Assembly: GCA_025786725.1 (NCBI GenBank) | Contig: JAHLTZ010000024.1 | Span: forward strand, 62,001 to 126,000 | Length of the DNA: 64,000 bases | DNA from: Syncephalis fuscata S228 | Lineage: Eukaryota; Fungi; Zoopagomycota | Direction of reading: 5' to 3' | Shown: piece by piece, positions 39,933-53,922 of the stretch | How positions within the stretch are numbered: position 1 is the stretch's first letter | How the letters are laid out: each line of letters starts with the position of its first letter | Translations under genes and position numbers: made by a program | The notes under the pieces: generated by a model | Database searches by the model: none | The model's input: the letters and a program-made list of their open reading frames with translations, nothing else | Told to the model about the DNA's origin: nothing

Positions 39933-41836
39933 TTATTCATCCTGCATTTCCATGTCAGATTCACTAGCTGTCTCCTCACTTTCTTCACCACTACTATCCC
40001 AGTAAAAATTCTTCATATTGTCTAGTGTCATAATAGATGGCGGCTCTATGGCGCACCTCTAGCATCTATTTGATGCAAACGTTCTCGGCTTATTAGGCGT
40101 ACAGGTAGTTGCGGTGGCAAATAGCCTATCTTCACCGGTACTGGTGCACACCATTCAAATACATAAACCCATGCCGACTGTGGAATAGTACCAGAAAGTG
40201 GCTCGTCCAATAGTGGCATTTTCGATGAAAAATTATACTTGTCTATACTTTCTTTTTCTTCTTTCATTGTCTTTAGTTTCTTCGATGGTTTATTGTATTG
40301 AATATCGTATTTTGATTCATCAAATTTCCATATTCGTTTTGATTGATTATCTTCCGATTCAGCCTGCCAATAATGTTTCCAGGTATCTAGACTAGCATCG
40401 GCAACGTAAATCAACTGTTTTTTCATGCCATTTGAAGCATAATTCGGCAGACTACAAAAACGTAATAATTTCCATAATATTACAGCAAAATAGCCAGCTG
40501 CATTAGCATGATCACTATAAATAATAAACACCGTTATTAATGTTAATTACTATTGATTCTTAATAATTACCAAGATGTAGTAAGCCAGTACTTTCCCTCT
40601 TTACTCATTTGTGGCTGATGATTTTCGTTTAGCCAAATAAATTCTAAAAGTGCATGATTTAGCCATCAATAGCCATTCTATCCGCAATAAATACTTACCA
40701 GATAATGGCTCTTCCTGTACAGCGTTTATCCACATTGATTCTTTGGTGGTAACTGTATTATTCTTTTGTATTTGCCATAAAGTAAATAATGGATTATCTG
40801 AATGCTTTTTACCAAATTCACCGTTATAATCGAATGCAGCAGCTATCTCATTAATTGTGCTATTATCCGCTGGTTCAATTGGCCATGATAAAAAAAGTGG
40901 GCCATCTGTCGTTGTTGTTGTATCTTTAAACTCGCCACGAAACAAATGGCGTTCGGCTCGTTTATAAAGCTTATAATTGAATGTGGGGCGATTTGTCTTT
41001 ACCTTTCGGTTGTGCTGCTGCTCGTTCAAATATTTATTAAAACATGATTTTTTATGTTTATGAGCACGAAAGCATGGCTTTACTTCACGTCCTTTTTTGT
41101 TAAACATAAGTACTTTGTATAACGGACTATCAGGTGCTTTGCCTCGATATAAAACTTTCTTGTTAGATGCTAGATTATGCTTGGAAAACAACCGATACCA
41201 TGATTTTTTATCTTTAGCAATACGTTTCATTCTCTTCTTCTTTTCCGCGGCTTTTTTCGTCATCAACGCTTTTTTCGACATGTCATATTGTAGAGCCTCT
41301 TTACGACTTGGTTTATCGTGTCTTTTGGATTGCCATTGTACAACGACGGCCTCCTTAGTCGCTACATGATCGTAATATTCAAAAGGACTAATGACAATAT
41401 CGCCCCTTTTACGTTGCTTCATCTCTCGAAGTATTAATTGTGCTGTCGATAAAGGTGTATGAATTGCTTGCAAAAACGAATTTGCTATAACAAATTGACC
41501 ATGACTTGCCAGCTGCCAGGTTAGAAACAAACTGCTAGAAGGATGATTTAATCGAGAATAGCCACTCAAGTCATACTGGCATGCATAGTCGGCCATAGCA
41601 TTGGATGTTTTTACAAATGCCTTTCGCTCCTTTCGACGCTCTTTAACACTGGCCACCACTTGGTCATAGTCGATATTATTATCATGTTGTCCAATGGCCG
41701 GCAAAGGAGCGTAGATATAGGTTGTGGGAGAAGCGTGAAAGTCGACATAGAATCTCTTTAGCCAGGCCCATGCCAACTGTGTAAACCTTACTGATTCTAA
41801 AGATTCTTTTGTTACGGCTACTGTGTCGGTTGACAT
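39933..41836 (-). CDS. Orphan basic protein, 3 exons, with an internal diverged repeat (apparent 1-bp deletion near 40052)
   Basis: The 411-aa ORF splices at TCT G|GTAAGT...TTTAG|AA and TG|GTAATT...TATAG|T into the 40046-40531 frame; acidic tail ends MEMQDE* at 39933. Confidence 0.7.
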
Positions 41837-41923
41837 GTGGTCAATTACAAAAAGAAGAAGAAAATGGCACAGAATTAATAAAAATAACTTTCATAGAACA
41901 CATTAAAATTTCTTTTATTTTTA

Positions 41924-42637
41924 TTACAACGTAATTAGACGTTCACTATGTGGAAATGGCTCTTCTTGTGGAATGGCTGTTTTCTTTACTTGAATAGCCG
42001 GTGGACGTGGCATGCCTACAGGTACAACTGTTTCCTTGTTACTATCATCCACGACAATAAGATTGGCCTCGATTAATTGCTGTTGTTGTTGCTGTAACTC
42101 CTATATTCAATTATTATGATAAATAATAGATTCATACATATATAATATAGCGAAATAAAGCCATATCACTTACGGCAATGGTTTGCGTTGTAGCAATTGT
42201 TGTCAAAGCACTTTGGAACTGCTGGCTATCATTTCGAACACGTTCTTTCAAGTCTTGGTGTTGATTTTTAGTGGTTACTACTTTTTCTTGACTTTGGTCC
42301 TATGATAACAGTAGCCACAATATTAATATATAATATATAATATATAATAATATGGAATGCGATAATAGTTAATAATGCTACTCCAATTCTAATATATCTA
42401 TATCTATAGTTTTATTTACCAATTCTTTAACTAGATTCTCCTTTGCTTCCGTCGATAGTGTATAAACAGAAGTAGGAGCTTCAATCTGGCCTAAATCATC
42501 TCAATCAGTTACATGTATTAACTAGCCAATCTAATTACCAGTAGAATAGGGAGAAACAGCTCGGCCATATACTCGTGATGACGACGATAACGGTCCAGTG
42601 CTACATCACGTTCTGTCCATTGGTCGTGCTCCTCCAT
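41924..42637 (-). CDS. Small protein resembling the SWI/SNF-RSC Ssr4 C-terminal motif plus a coiled coil (4 exons)
   Basis: MEEHDQWTERDVALDRYRRHHEYMAELFLPYST, with three canonical GT-AG introns giving an open frame to TAA at 41924; absent from the ORF track. Confidence 0.7.
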
Positions 42638-42903
42638 GGTGTAGATGTAAAGTGCTACGTATTATTTAACTACGACTATCAAAAGAATTAAAATAAAGAA
42701 TTTGTTATCGATTGTTGTGAACATTAATTAAAATGATAGTGAATTATAGACAAGATTTTTCTTTTTTTTCTTTACTTGATTGCAACTAGTTATTTTTGAT
42801 TCTTCTTCTACAACGTCTGTTTGTACAATTACGCGCAAGCGTTGTCTAAGAAGCTACACTATCTTACTAGCTTGGTTGTCTTCAGAATATAATACATTTA
42901 ATT

Positions 42904-44537
42904 ATGGGAAAGTGTAAACATTCTGAAAGCAGTAGCGATAAGAAGGACGTGCTATGTCGTGTAGTCGACGAGAAGAATGGACCGGTACTCGGTAAGTAGT
43001 CGAGTCCATCGAGTATATTTATTTAACGCTGTTTATTAGTAACTATGCCTACGGTGGCACCAAGCAGTGATGCAGAATTCTATCGCTATAATAATACAAC
43101 TACTCGTCGTAGCCATCAAAGTATGGTGATGTGTGAAACGGATCGTGTATGGTTTGTTGGCAAGAATTTTGGTGAAGTACAGCAAACATCGATGTTTTGT
43201 CGGTAAGTTTAATGATAATCAATGTGAATTACAATATAATTAGCATGTGTTGTCTATTACATCATTAGTTATTTAGTGGGTGTGCGCGATAAACGATCCA
43301 ATATATTGACACTGCAACCAACGTCAGTATTTCCATTGGAAAAAACGATTAAATCACTTGTTCATGCCAAACCCATGGCCAGCTCGGATCAGAGCTCAGT
43401 AAGTTATTTATTGTATTAGAATGCCATTTATTTATGCCAATTATATCATAATCATTAGTATATGGCTGCGCGTAATCATCTACAAGAAACATTTGGTAAT
43501 AAGAAACAAAAGGCTGCCGTACGAGCACGAGAGCGTAATCAGGTCGATGTAACGCAGCTCGAGAATGTTGCCGATGTCATTCGTGACTCTATCACCGACG
43601 TTCAGCGGATATTCCTGATCGCGGTAAGTAATTATTATTTTATTATTATTATTAAATATACATAACTAATGTAATATAAATACTTGTTAATACAGAGGAT
43701 ATTGTGGAATACAGAATGAGAGTCGTCCAGTACCACCATTTAATATACAGGCAGAACGACCAGATGATATTTATTTACTTAAAGATGTGGTAACCAACAC
43801 TGAGCTTAATGCTGTACCAGTAGCCAAGATTCTTCAGGCTAAATCTGAGCAAGACTATATAAAATGGCTACCATTTACGTAAGTGGTTGATACAATCAAT
43901 TATTACTATTTATTTACTATGCTATATATATATATAGTGCTTCAGCTTATATTAATGAGCGACTTCCATTAGCAGTTGAAGCAAAGAATCAGCAACAATT
44001 ACATCTGCTTTACTATCTAGCCTGTATGTTCCAGTTTATGCGAGCTATTGGGCCAGCACCTATTACTTTGGATGCCGCCAAAGATAAATGTCCAAATGTA
44101 CCGCCATCGATTGTAGCATCGCTATTAAATCGCTTTGCCGAGAATACAGAGCGAGAGAATAAAAAGACAGGTCAAACACTGTAAGTAGCACTAATAATGT
44201 TAATAATAGCAACACTGACAATTTCAATATTAATGTTTTATATAATAGCTATCAAAAGACGGATCATTGCAAACATCGTATTATTTGTTATGCACTTGTC
44301 ATCTGTCTACATTTAGATCAATTTACGGTATTGGATCTAGTATTGGCCCACGACTTTTCAATGCCTCGTTCAAAAATGGACAACTATTTACGCGCTGTTG
44401 GTTGTGAAATACGCACATTAACTGCTGCCGAACGAGAACGTACAGGCTTGCCGGCTGGAGAAGCATCAAGTACTAGAAAGGCCACGCTAAGTGTTCCATT
44501 TAAATTTGACGACAAACTGTTCCGTCGAAAGCGTTAG
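42904..44537 (+). CDS. RPA49: RNA polymerase I subunit Rpa49/POLR1E (multi-exon; apparent 1-bp deletions near 43605 and 43709)
   Basis: FVGKNFGE, YLVGVRDK, ARNHLQETFGNKKQK, PPFNIQAERPDDIY, LRAVGC, ATLSVPFKF...RRKR. Confidence 0.88.
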
Positions 44538-45458
44538 ATAATGAGCACACTTACTACTTAAACACACAACGAATAAGATAAAACACTACTATTATTAAAT
44601 GAGAATCATTTCTTTATTTTTCTATTAGCAACAAAAATGTTATTTGCCACACAGTGCAGTTATATATTTATATGTATAAATATATAAATCATGTTTCTGT
44701 CTCTCTGTCTCTCGTCTCTGGCGAATTGAATCGAAAATAAATGGTGTTATCGACAATAGGAATCGGTCGATAGCCTTGAAGAAATAGAGTATGGAGCGAG
44801 CGTGCAATGAACGAACAACACCACAATACAAAAATACCGAGATGTTTAATGCAACATAAAGAGTTGCATGGCAAAGAATAAAAAACCGAACGTCTTATGA
44901 TCGAATTACTTTCTGTAAGCGTATTAGACGGAAAATTAATACATTGTCGTATCATCGGGTATCGGTATCATCACTAGTGCGACAAGAATAATAAACGTGT
45001 TGTTGCTATTGCGACAGTGAATGTAGGGAGTAATAAGCGTAGTGTGGATGATTCAAAAGGAGGTGTACTAGTAGTAGTGTAGTGTAGTGTAGTAGTAATA
45101 GCAGTGTATTGGTGATGGTGATGGTGATGGGATGATAGAGCGCAAAAAGTGTAAGGAAAAAAGAAAGAATAAATGTTAGAGACGAACATGTATAAACACG
45201 AAAAAGTTGGCATGTATCAAGTATTAGTAATAATAGACTAATACAAGATGATGATGATGTTAACGATGGATCATTAATAAATGTAATGTTCAAATAATTA
45301 ACATTTGATTCAATGATCATCATTGCTGTTGTAGTTGGTTGGTTGGTTGTATAGAAAAGAGTCGATAAAAATAGATGAAGTGTAGTAAGGTAGTAGTAAG
45401 TAGTAGTAGGCATTTGTTATTGCTCTGTATAACAAGTCTTGAGTAATAGTGCCAATAC

Positions 45459-47862
45459 TTATGGCCAGCAAATTGTTGCACTATCCTGTTCTTCTGTATC
45501 GTCTTCATCCTCGTCATCGACCAGGACACTGGCGGCTGCTACGTCCTCTTCGTCGTCATCGTCTTCTTCGTCATCGTTGCGATTAGCACGCTCTTCACCG
45601 TCATGGCTGGGTAGAGCAGTGCGCATATTCGTACTGGTGTGTCGGTTCTGATGACGATCCATATCGTTGTTAAGTGAGTTGGCTGAAAAGCGGAACTGCT
45701 CTTCTAACAACGAACGGCAGGTAAGTGTGCCGTCGTTACCGGCAGAAAGCGGTGCTGCACGGAGTGCATTCGATGCTTCATCGTCCTCCATATCGACCTC
45801 GCCGTAGAATAGACGAGGACGGGCACGAGCAGTGCGACGGGACGACATGGCTGCGGCTGAGGTTGCCGAATAGGATCGGGCACGCATACCAACTGGCAAT
45901 GGTGCTACAGTCAAATGACGGACTCGTGGCGAGCCACCGTCTTCTGACAAGCTAGCAGAGCTGCCACGACGCATCGACACCATACAGTCAGCGTCGTTAC
46001 TATCCTCATCTTTTGGTGAGCGCATTAATGGCAATCGCTTGCGTGGCAATTCAACAATAATGCGTCGTTTCTGTGCATTTTCTTCGCAGCTTGATGTGCA
46101 GTACCATGCACCATTGGACGGCTTAATATCATCGTTGGAAAGGCTGCCAGTGTAGCAGCTTTGATGATATGCTTTGGGACAGCCTTCGCATGATACAAGT
46201 ACATCATTGCACCATGAACCATCTGAATGGCATACAGTGCAGAAAAGCTGTAGCACTGGCCGTTCGCGGTCGTGGATTGATTCACGTTGGTATGCAGTCA
46301 AGTTAAGACGTGGCAGCTTGCAAGCAAATCCATAGCCTTTATAGTCGCAGCCATGCTTGTTGCATAGTGTACGCTTTCCCCATGGACCAGGACGCCAGTT
46401 AACACCTTCTGTAGTACCGCAATAACGGCACCAGTCGACACTGGCCTCCGTCAATTGCTCAAATACAGTTGGCCGTTGCGTCTTGCGTGGTGAAGCAGGC
46501 TCACGGTCGTCGTGAGTAACAGGAGAAGGTGTAGACTCGGCTACTTCTGCCTTGATGACCAATGGAGCTGGTTTATTGGCCTTCTTGCGAAAAGAGGCAG
46601 CAACAGGTGAATTGCCATCGGCAGAGACAATAGAGTTGGCACGGCGTTTACGTGCTGGACTAGCCTTAGTGGGACTGCGTTCACCGGATGTCAAGCCATT
46701 TGACGACTTGCGTTTACGTGATCCAGCAGTGGTATCCATGTCAACAGAAGCAGTCGATTCATGGGCCAGTTCAGTTGTAGAGTCAGTATCAAACTGCATA
46801 GATCCACGAACCGTTTCTGGCGGTGTAGGGAGTACACCAGAGCATAGATGCCGAGTTAAAGCTTGGAATGCTGCCTTTCCATTCTGACCAGCACTATCGT
46901 TGGTCTCGTTTAAGACATTAGGAACGATAGCGAGAAGTGGAATAGCAGTATGAGGAGCCAAAGGAATAAACGTCGGTTTGCCGCTTGGTGCCAATTCGTT
47001 GGCCTTTGGTGGTGTAGTAACTTCATCAAGCTTGGATACTTCTTTATGCATATATTCATCAAATTCAGCATCACTTGGCGGTGAGTTGGGTACTGGAAAC
47101 TCAACAGATTCACGCATTTCATAAGCAAATAGTGGCTCATCGGCTTCAGGCACGTCATTCAGTCTAAAATCGTTTGGTGATAGCGGTGGAGAAAGAACAG
47201 GCGAACCGGACGTAGATGGCCAATAACACCATCAATATCGGCAGTCAAATCGTCTCCTGCATAGAAGAATACATCTCCATTGCGTAGATTACTCTTTCGC
47301 AACTGAAGATGTGCTTGTAAGTAGGCAGGTAGCTGTGGAAAAGCATAGGATGCAGCATTAGCAACATCAACAGCTGGTACAGCAGTTTGAGGTAGTGAAA
47401 CAGTAGGCTGTTGCTGCTGCTGTACTTGTTGTTGTTGTTGTTGCTGCTGCTGCTGTACTTGTTGCTGTTGTACTTGCTGTTGATGTTGTTGCTGCTGCTG
47501 TTGTTGTTGTGCTGCTGTTGCTGTTGCAACTGCATATGAATATGTTGCTGCTGAAGTAATTGCTGTTGGTATAGCAATTGAGAAACAGCTTGGTTGTTTA
47601 CAGGAGCACACAAACCGGCATTAACATGATCCGCCATCATTGGCATCATTGGCATCATGTGAACACCTGGACGCATCATTTGTGGTGCAAACGATTGTGG
47701 TGTCATCATTTGTTGAGGTGGTGGTGTTAAATGCTGTTGCTGTTGCTGTTGTTGCTGTTGCTGAAAAAGCAATAAATGCTGTTGCTGTTGAAGCTGTTGA
47801 GCATGCATCATAGCAAGTGGTAGGTTGTGATTCTGTGAAGTTTGAATGCACTGAGTTTCCAT
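45459..47862 (-). CDS. Poly-Q transcription/chromatin regulator with GATA-like zinc finger and PHD finger (apparent 1-bp deletions near 47510 and 47163)
   Basis: WCRYCGTTEGVNWRPGPWGKRTLCNKHGC (GATA-like), followed by CTVC...CEGCPKAYHQSC...WYCTSSC (PHD); three ORFs join by single-base insertions. Confidence 0.85.
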
Positions 47863-48159
47863 GGCGGCGTCGGTAATGATGGCGGTAATAGTGGTAGTAG
47901 CGTTGGCGCTGTTTTAATGATCAAGCGCACAAAATACTGGTTCAGAAATGAAGCAAAACCACAAAGCCGTCCAAAAAAGACAAAGAAATGAGAGCAATGA
48001 AGTGCAAAGGACAAGGAGTAAAGATGATTGGTTACAATCTATATTTAGAACAAGGCAGAGAGAAACCACGTTCTATATGACAACAGGCCGGCCATGCAGG
48101 CCACATGTTGTTGTTAATACCACACAGACGTTACATGTATAAGTATCCGCTTGGCTTAC

Positions 48160-48267
48160 CTGAAGAGTGTGCCAGATAGTGTTATGTTGTGTGGTGTGGT
48201 GGCTGTCGTTTCTTTCCTTCTGTTATTTGCAGTGGAAAGTAAAGGTCAGCTGTTGGCCAAGGAGCGT
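48160..48267 (-). other. Probable non-coding 5'UTR exon of the GATA-PHD gene
   Basis: Flanked by acceptor GCTAAT...CTAG (48268-48270) and donor CAG|GTAAGC (48159); downstream acceptor TATAG at 48039-48041. Confidence 0.55.
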
Positions 48268-51200
48268 CTAGCCGGTAATTAAATTAGCGAAAGAACGATT
48301 ATCGTCACAAACGGTCAGCAAGTGCGAGAGCATATATAGGTGTATATGTATATGGATGGGCGGATTTGTGCCAAACGTATCTATCCACTGTTCAACCAAC
48401 GCTAAATACAATCAACGAAAGTCTCAAGTGTAGTATGCAGGCTATATGCGTACGCGCAATAACAGACCGGTGATAGCGACAGTACACAAATAAGAGAAAA
48501 AAGGATGGTGTATAAATAATACCAATAGTAATAGTAGATATAATAAAGGGAATAAAATGTAGTTTTGGCACTAGTTGTAAATTAAGAACAAAGAATATCA
48601 ACGAGCGAATAATAAGTGAAAAGTATTAACGTAGACAGTGCGTGTTTGTGTGTTGTGTTGTGTGTGTGTGTAGTAACTATTAACGAACGAGGAAACAGGT
48701 AAAAGTGAATGAAACTTGGGAGTACAGATGAGGCACCCCAAAAAGTGTTTATATGTATATGACCGGTCAGTCCGCGTGGTGGCTTGAAAGCATAGATAAC
48801 ATGCGTTTAACGCATGCACCAACATGTACACCAATGATTACACGGTAATTATATCGATAATAAGAAAAAACGGGAATGAATAGCAATGTTCAAGTATTAA
48901 GACCGTTTATCAGCCATTCATATGCTAGTCATGCTTATTAAACATACAAGTGCAAGCCTAGCACCTAGCATGGCACATAGTATCGTGCTATTAGTCTGCC
49001 TTGTCTTGCTGGTAGATAGCACAGCACATCGGACGTTGCGATGTTATATTTCTTGTTTTTATAGCTTTACCAACAAACAACAAAAGAACGCAGAGTATGA
49101 CGTATTGTAATATATACAAACATGACAAGGCAGACTGACTGCTGCACATGGCTGATTGTACAATGTGAATCCAAGTCACAAGCAATAGCAACAGTTGCCG
49201 GTAAATATAATAGACCATCCATCCATTAAAGCAAGCAACAAAGGCCACGACAATCAACGCTATAGAAACGACCACTTACCGAATAACCAACTGATTGGCT
49301 AGCGGGTGTGTTGGTAGGTCGGTTAAACCTCAAAGAGTGTAATGTAAAAGGTGTGTTGTTGTTGTTAATAATAATAAAGGCAATGTAGGATATCAGATAG
49401 CCACAGGCTGAACGAAACCTTGAGATACGAAGAAAGTAATAGTAGATAAAGTGAGTAGAAAGAAAGTAAGGTATATCTTGGTGGTCAAGTCTATAAAATA
49501 CAAGTTAGTATTAAATTCAAAGAATAAAATAATAATAATAACAATAATAGTATTAGATACTATTGTTATTACATAGGCAACAACAATATAACAATGAAAA
49601 GTTTAGCTTATAATAAATAGTCAAAGCAGTAAAATGTCACTTGTCCTACGCTAGCCACAAACATCAAAATGGCAATTACAAAGAACCAATAAGAAGATGG
49701 CCGTAACACGTTTGCCCTGGTACAAGAACATGTGATCACCACATGAATATGACGACATGAATAACACCAGCATATCCATAATGGCAACACGACAACACGC
49801 AGTACAAGAACGATAGGTTGCAAAACAAATAAAAAACAAAAACGCACTTACGTCTGCTCACTCACTCACTCACTCACTGATAGATAAATAGTGAAGGAGG
49901 CGTTATAATGATATGCAATAAAATCAATTACAATGATGGTCGGCACTTTAACATGCCAAGAGCTTACTCGGTGAATAAGTAAAGTAAAATACAGTGTGTG
50001 TATGTGTGCGGTTCAAATAAACAAAGTCAACAACACACTGCTTTAAAGAATAAAGAAAGAAATACAGCTAGAAAACGTAATGAGTGGACGGTACGAGTAA
50101 AATAGCGAAACGTTAAAAGGTGCGTTGAATATGCAGGCTTTTAAGTCGGTGGATACAACGCGCGCGCAAGGAATAAGAGCAGTCGAGGCAATGTTAAAAG
50201 GGGTATGGTTTGCCGAGACAGTGGGCGAACACGATGAACAGCTGTATTTATGCTTTACGAAGCAACAGGATGCTAAGCAGCGCACGTGAGAACTCGACAA
50301 GTCAAAGACCAAAGAATAAAGAGAAAGAGAGAGAAGGAAGGCAACAATAAGGAGCAACCATCAGAGTGGCGGTTTAACAAAGGGCGGTAGCTCAATGATA
50401 AAATGGAGGACAGAAAGCGATAGAAAAAGAGAGCAGCGTAAGACTACGATGCCGATGATGCGACGACTGGCGTGACGTCGATCAGCTGGTTAACACGCGC
50501 TCTTGTTATGCGTCTTTTGTGTATTTAGCAGGGGAAGCTGTACCTGAATAACTCGTGCGATAACGTACTGTAATAATAAATAGGTTTCAATCCAATAGCA
50601 ATGCTAATAAAGGAGATATAAGAGAATCCTTGGGGTCACAATAATAGCCGAAATACGACACAATCAATGGACTATCAATCAATCAATTGTACCCATACGA
50701 GTGTAACACGGAGCTGTCGTGTATACAAGTAGCAATAAATAAGCAAAAAATGGCTTTGGCTAAGAAAAAGAAGAGTGTTGACCACGCACAGTTGTGGCGC
50801 ACTAATATAAATATAAATATGACTGTGGTCCTGGTTGGCCGGAAACGTAGGATGATCGGTGGCCCGTTCAATCGTTTCCGGTTAAAGAGAGCGTCATGCC
50901 GAGCACTCGGATGAGGCTTGTCCATAACCAGACAGAGCAAGAGAGCAAGAACGAGATGGTACTCGTGGACCATCATAGCAGTACGCATCCAATCGTAAAA
51001 CTACATTTACCAGACTCAAACAAGGGGTATGGTATGGGCATGGCATGGCCGATAGATAATCTATTGCCGTGCTTACCTGGATAGCGTGTCGCTACGTTGG
51101 CAACAGCAACAGCTGTGACGTGACAGAAATAAGATAAATAGGCGGTAGGTAAATAGGTAAATGGTAGAAAGCTGTAGACGAAAAGATAGAAAGAAAATGA

Positions 51201-53114
51201 AAATCAATAATGGCACCTAGCCGTGTACAAAAATGTTACCACAATTTATCAATACTATTTAATTAGCTATCTGCAAATCAGCTAATTAGGCGGTAACAGT
51301 GGCTATGTTGTGAATGATCAAAATAGATAGCGCAATTAACAAAGAGCCTGCTTATTTTGAGCACTGACAACACGTGGTCACGCCGCATAATAAGACTATT
51401 AGCCATATTGAACAGGACAGGAAAGCCAAGACTCATGCTACCGCCATTTGAAGTAACAATTACCGCAACGCATCCATGTCTATTGCTTGTACAATAGACT
51501 ATAACTTACAATCAAAGTATCAAAGTGGAGATACAAATAATCTATTGTTGCAAATGAACAAAGGTATTTGTAAAACCACAGTGAATTAAAATAGCGCAGT
51601 GGTGACAATAATGACATAATGCGGTAATAATAATAATAATGATAGACGTGTAGATTCAAATAGGACCAACAAAATTGATAGTAGTTATAGTTATTGAGTG
51701 GGGACAGGAAATAAAGAGAGTGGATTAAACAGAAAATGGCGATTCAAATATGCCATATTTCAGACTAAATAGTATGCATTAACATAGTAAATCCGCACTT
51801 TTGATTCCCCGTCAATGGATGAGCGAACAAATAAAGAAAATACATCGGAACAGCGATATATTCACACAAAAAGTATCAGCAGGAGCACAAATTAGCCATT
51901 TCAGTATCAACGACAATGGGAATTTAGTATCAGCTTCAATAGCTGTTCTTTCTTTCTTCATGTATTCAATGGCGCCATCGATTGGGAATTATCCCATTGA
52001 TCTTGGCTACCGGTGTGTACCCATACACACACCTATACAAATATATACAAATACATCTATCTACGTCCATATATGTGTATATAAAGCTAGATAGGTCATT
52101 GATGAGAATAATAATAGTAGACAATCATCATCATCGCTGCATCCAATTTGCGCCACTTAAAGAATAAACCCAGTCACATTGGGAACTTGATCAGTTTCAG
52201 TGTAGTGGTGCGCGCTCGCGCCTTATTTGCCCATTTCACGCATCATTACAAGAATAGATGGATTTATACGGACTCTTGAGGCTTAACCGCTGCTGCCTCC
52301 TTTCCCTACTTCTCCGCACATACCCGCTCACGTATACACCAGCCATACAAGGACTAATGGATGTTGTTCGTGGTTGCAATAAAAGCTAAATGAACGTGGT
52401 CAACACCGCTAACTAGAGGCCAGTCTGGCCGATTCAACATCAGTACACCTGTGTTTGAAACATGGAGTCAAGCACTGCGCACCAATAGGACCTTTACAAA
52501 AGGTACCGCCATCTTGTAACAATGGATCAACCATAGGACAGACAGCACGTATACACGAATATATATTGGCCTGATAGGCATGATATAGGCATAGTAGACA
52601 CAAGCTATGCTATACACAACCTCGTCATGATAGACAACATGGGGTGGGATAACGCTTGAACGTCGCTACTTACCAATTCTTTAATATAAAGCTAGTAGTG
52701 GATAATAAGTGTGTAGTGGCTTTTAGCTGTTTAATAATCCAATTAAATGGTTAATAATGGTCTATTAAGGTAGACTAAGCGTTTATACGTGTTTTTTGTA
52801 TGTTTTATGGGTTCAATGGTTGATATATCAACCAATATCTGATCTAAAATGGATATACTGAAGGATAATAGTCCAACAAGTAAGTTAAACGAAAGTGTAA
52901 AGGAATAAAATGTAAACTAGTTTAAAAATGAATGCGTGCCATTTTTATATGGTTTATCACGTGATTATATATAGCTACATAGTCTTTGTGTGTACAATGC
53001 CATTCGATTTATGATTTGTATTATCATATTGTATATATAATCTCTTCAATTAATTAACTAAAGATAAGCATTCTTTTGAATGAATTGAAATTTTCATTAG
53101 CTATTTAATGTGAT

Positions 53115-53922
53115 TTGGGTGTTAAATGGCTAAACTTGATAACATTTACGCAGCTGAACTAATATTTAACCTATTGAACATGATGATGGATAGTGAATGA
53201 CGTCAGTGATTAAAATATTCATCGTAGATTCATTATCCAGCATGCATATATCCTTATTCACAAACATCATTTTCATACTATTCTACACTACTATATATCA
53301 TTCTACGATATACTAAATACATTTTATTTATTATATGTTTCAATACACTTTACTCATTCTACCCATTGCGCTATATGCACATAACTTCGATAGCATTTTT
53401 ATACTATTCGTATTATATATTTATTTTATTCTATATTATTTTATGCTTATCCAGTCTTCCTCTACCCAAACTGTTTCTATTTTTATTCTAGCTTTATTAT
53501 TCATAAATGCCAGCTAATTCCATTCATTGATCATGCATACATACTCAATAACTTTAACATAGCTAATCGTTGTTAACCGTATATTCCTTATATTGTATAC
53601 CGTTTATCGTCTAGTATACACACACCATCTATTGCAGTCGTCCTTTTTGTTCTAGCTTTATTATTAATAAATCTCACTTTATTCGCCCCATTCATTCAGC
53701 AAATTATATGTAATTGGAATTTATAACAATAAATGTATTCAGTATAGTATAAATGCTATATAATAGTATAAGTATACAGAGTTAATGATTATATACACTG
53801 AATATATGCATACTGGATAATGAATCTATGATGATGAGTGTTTGATAAGTATGTCACTCACCACCCATCATCATGTTCAATAAAAGAATGTTATTAAATG
53901 TTAGTCATTTGACCACCAAAAA
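53115..53922. mobile_element. Non-coding foldback/MITE-like element with imperfect inverted arms of about 220 bp
   Basis: Left arm about 53115-53348 (attgaacatgatgatgg...catcgtagattcattatccagcatgcatatat) is the reverse complement of right arm about 53706-53922 (atatatgcatactggataatgaatctatgatg...ccatcatcatgttcaat). Internal direct repeat ttctagctttattatt near 53485 and 53650. Confidence 0.7.

Noticed and set aside
53247-53255. ATATCCTTA resembling an AT-AC donor
   Set aside because: Inside the non-coding inverted-repeat arm, with no exon context.
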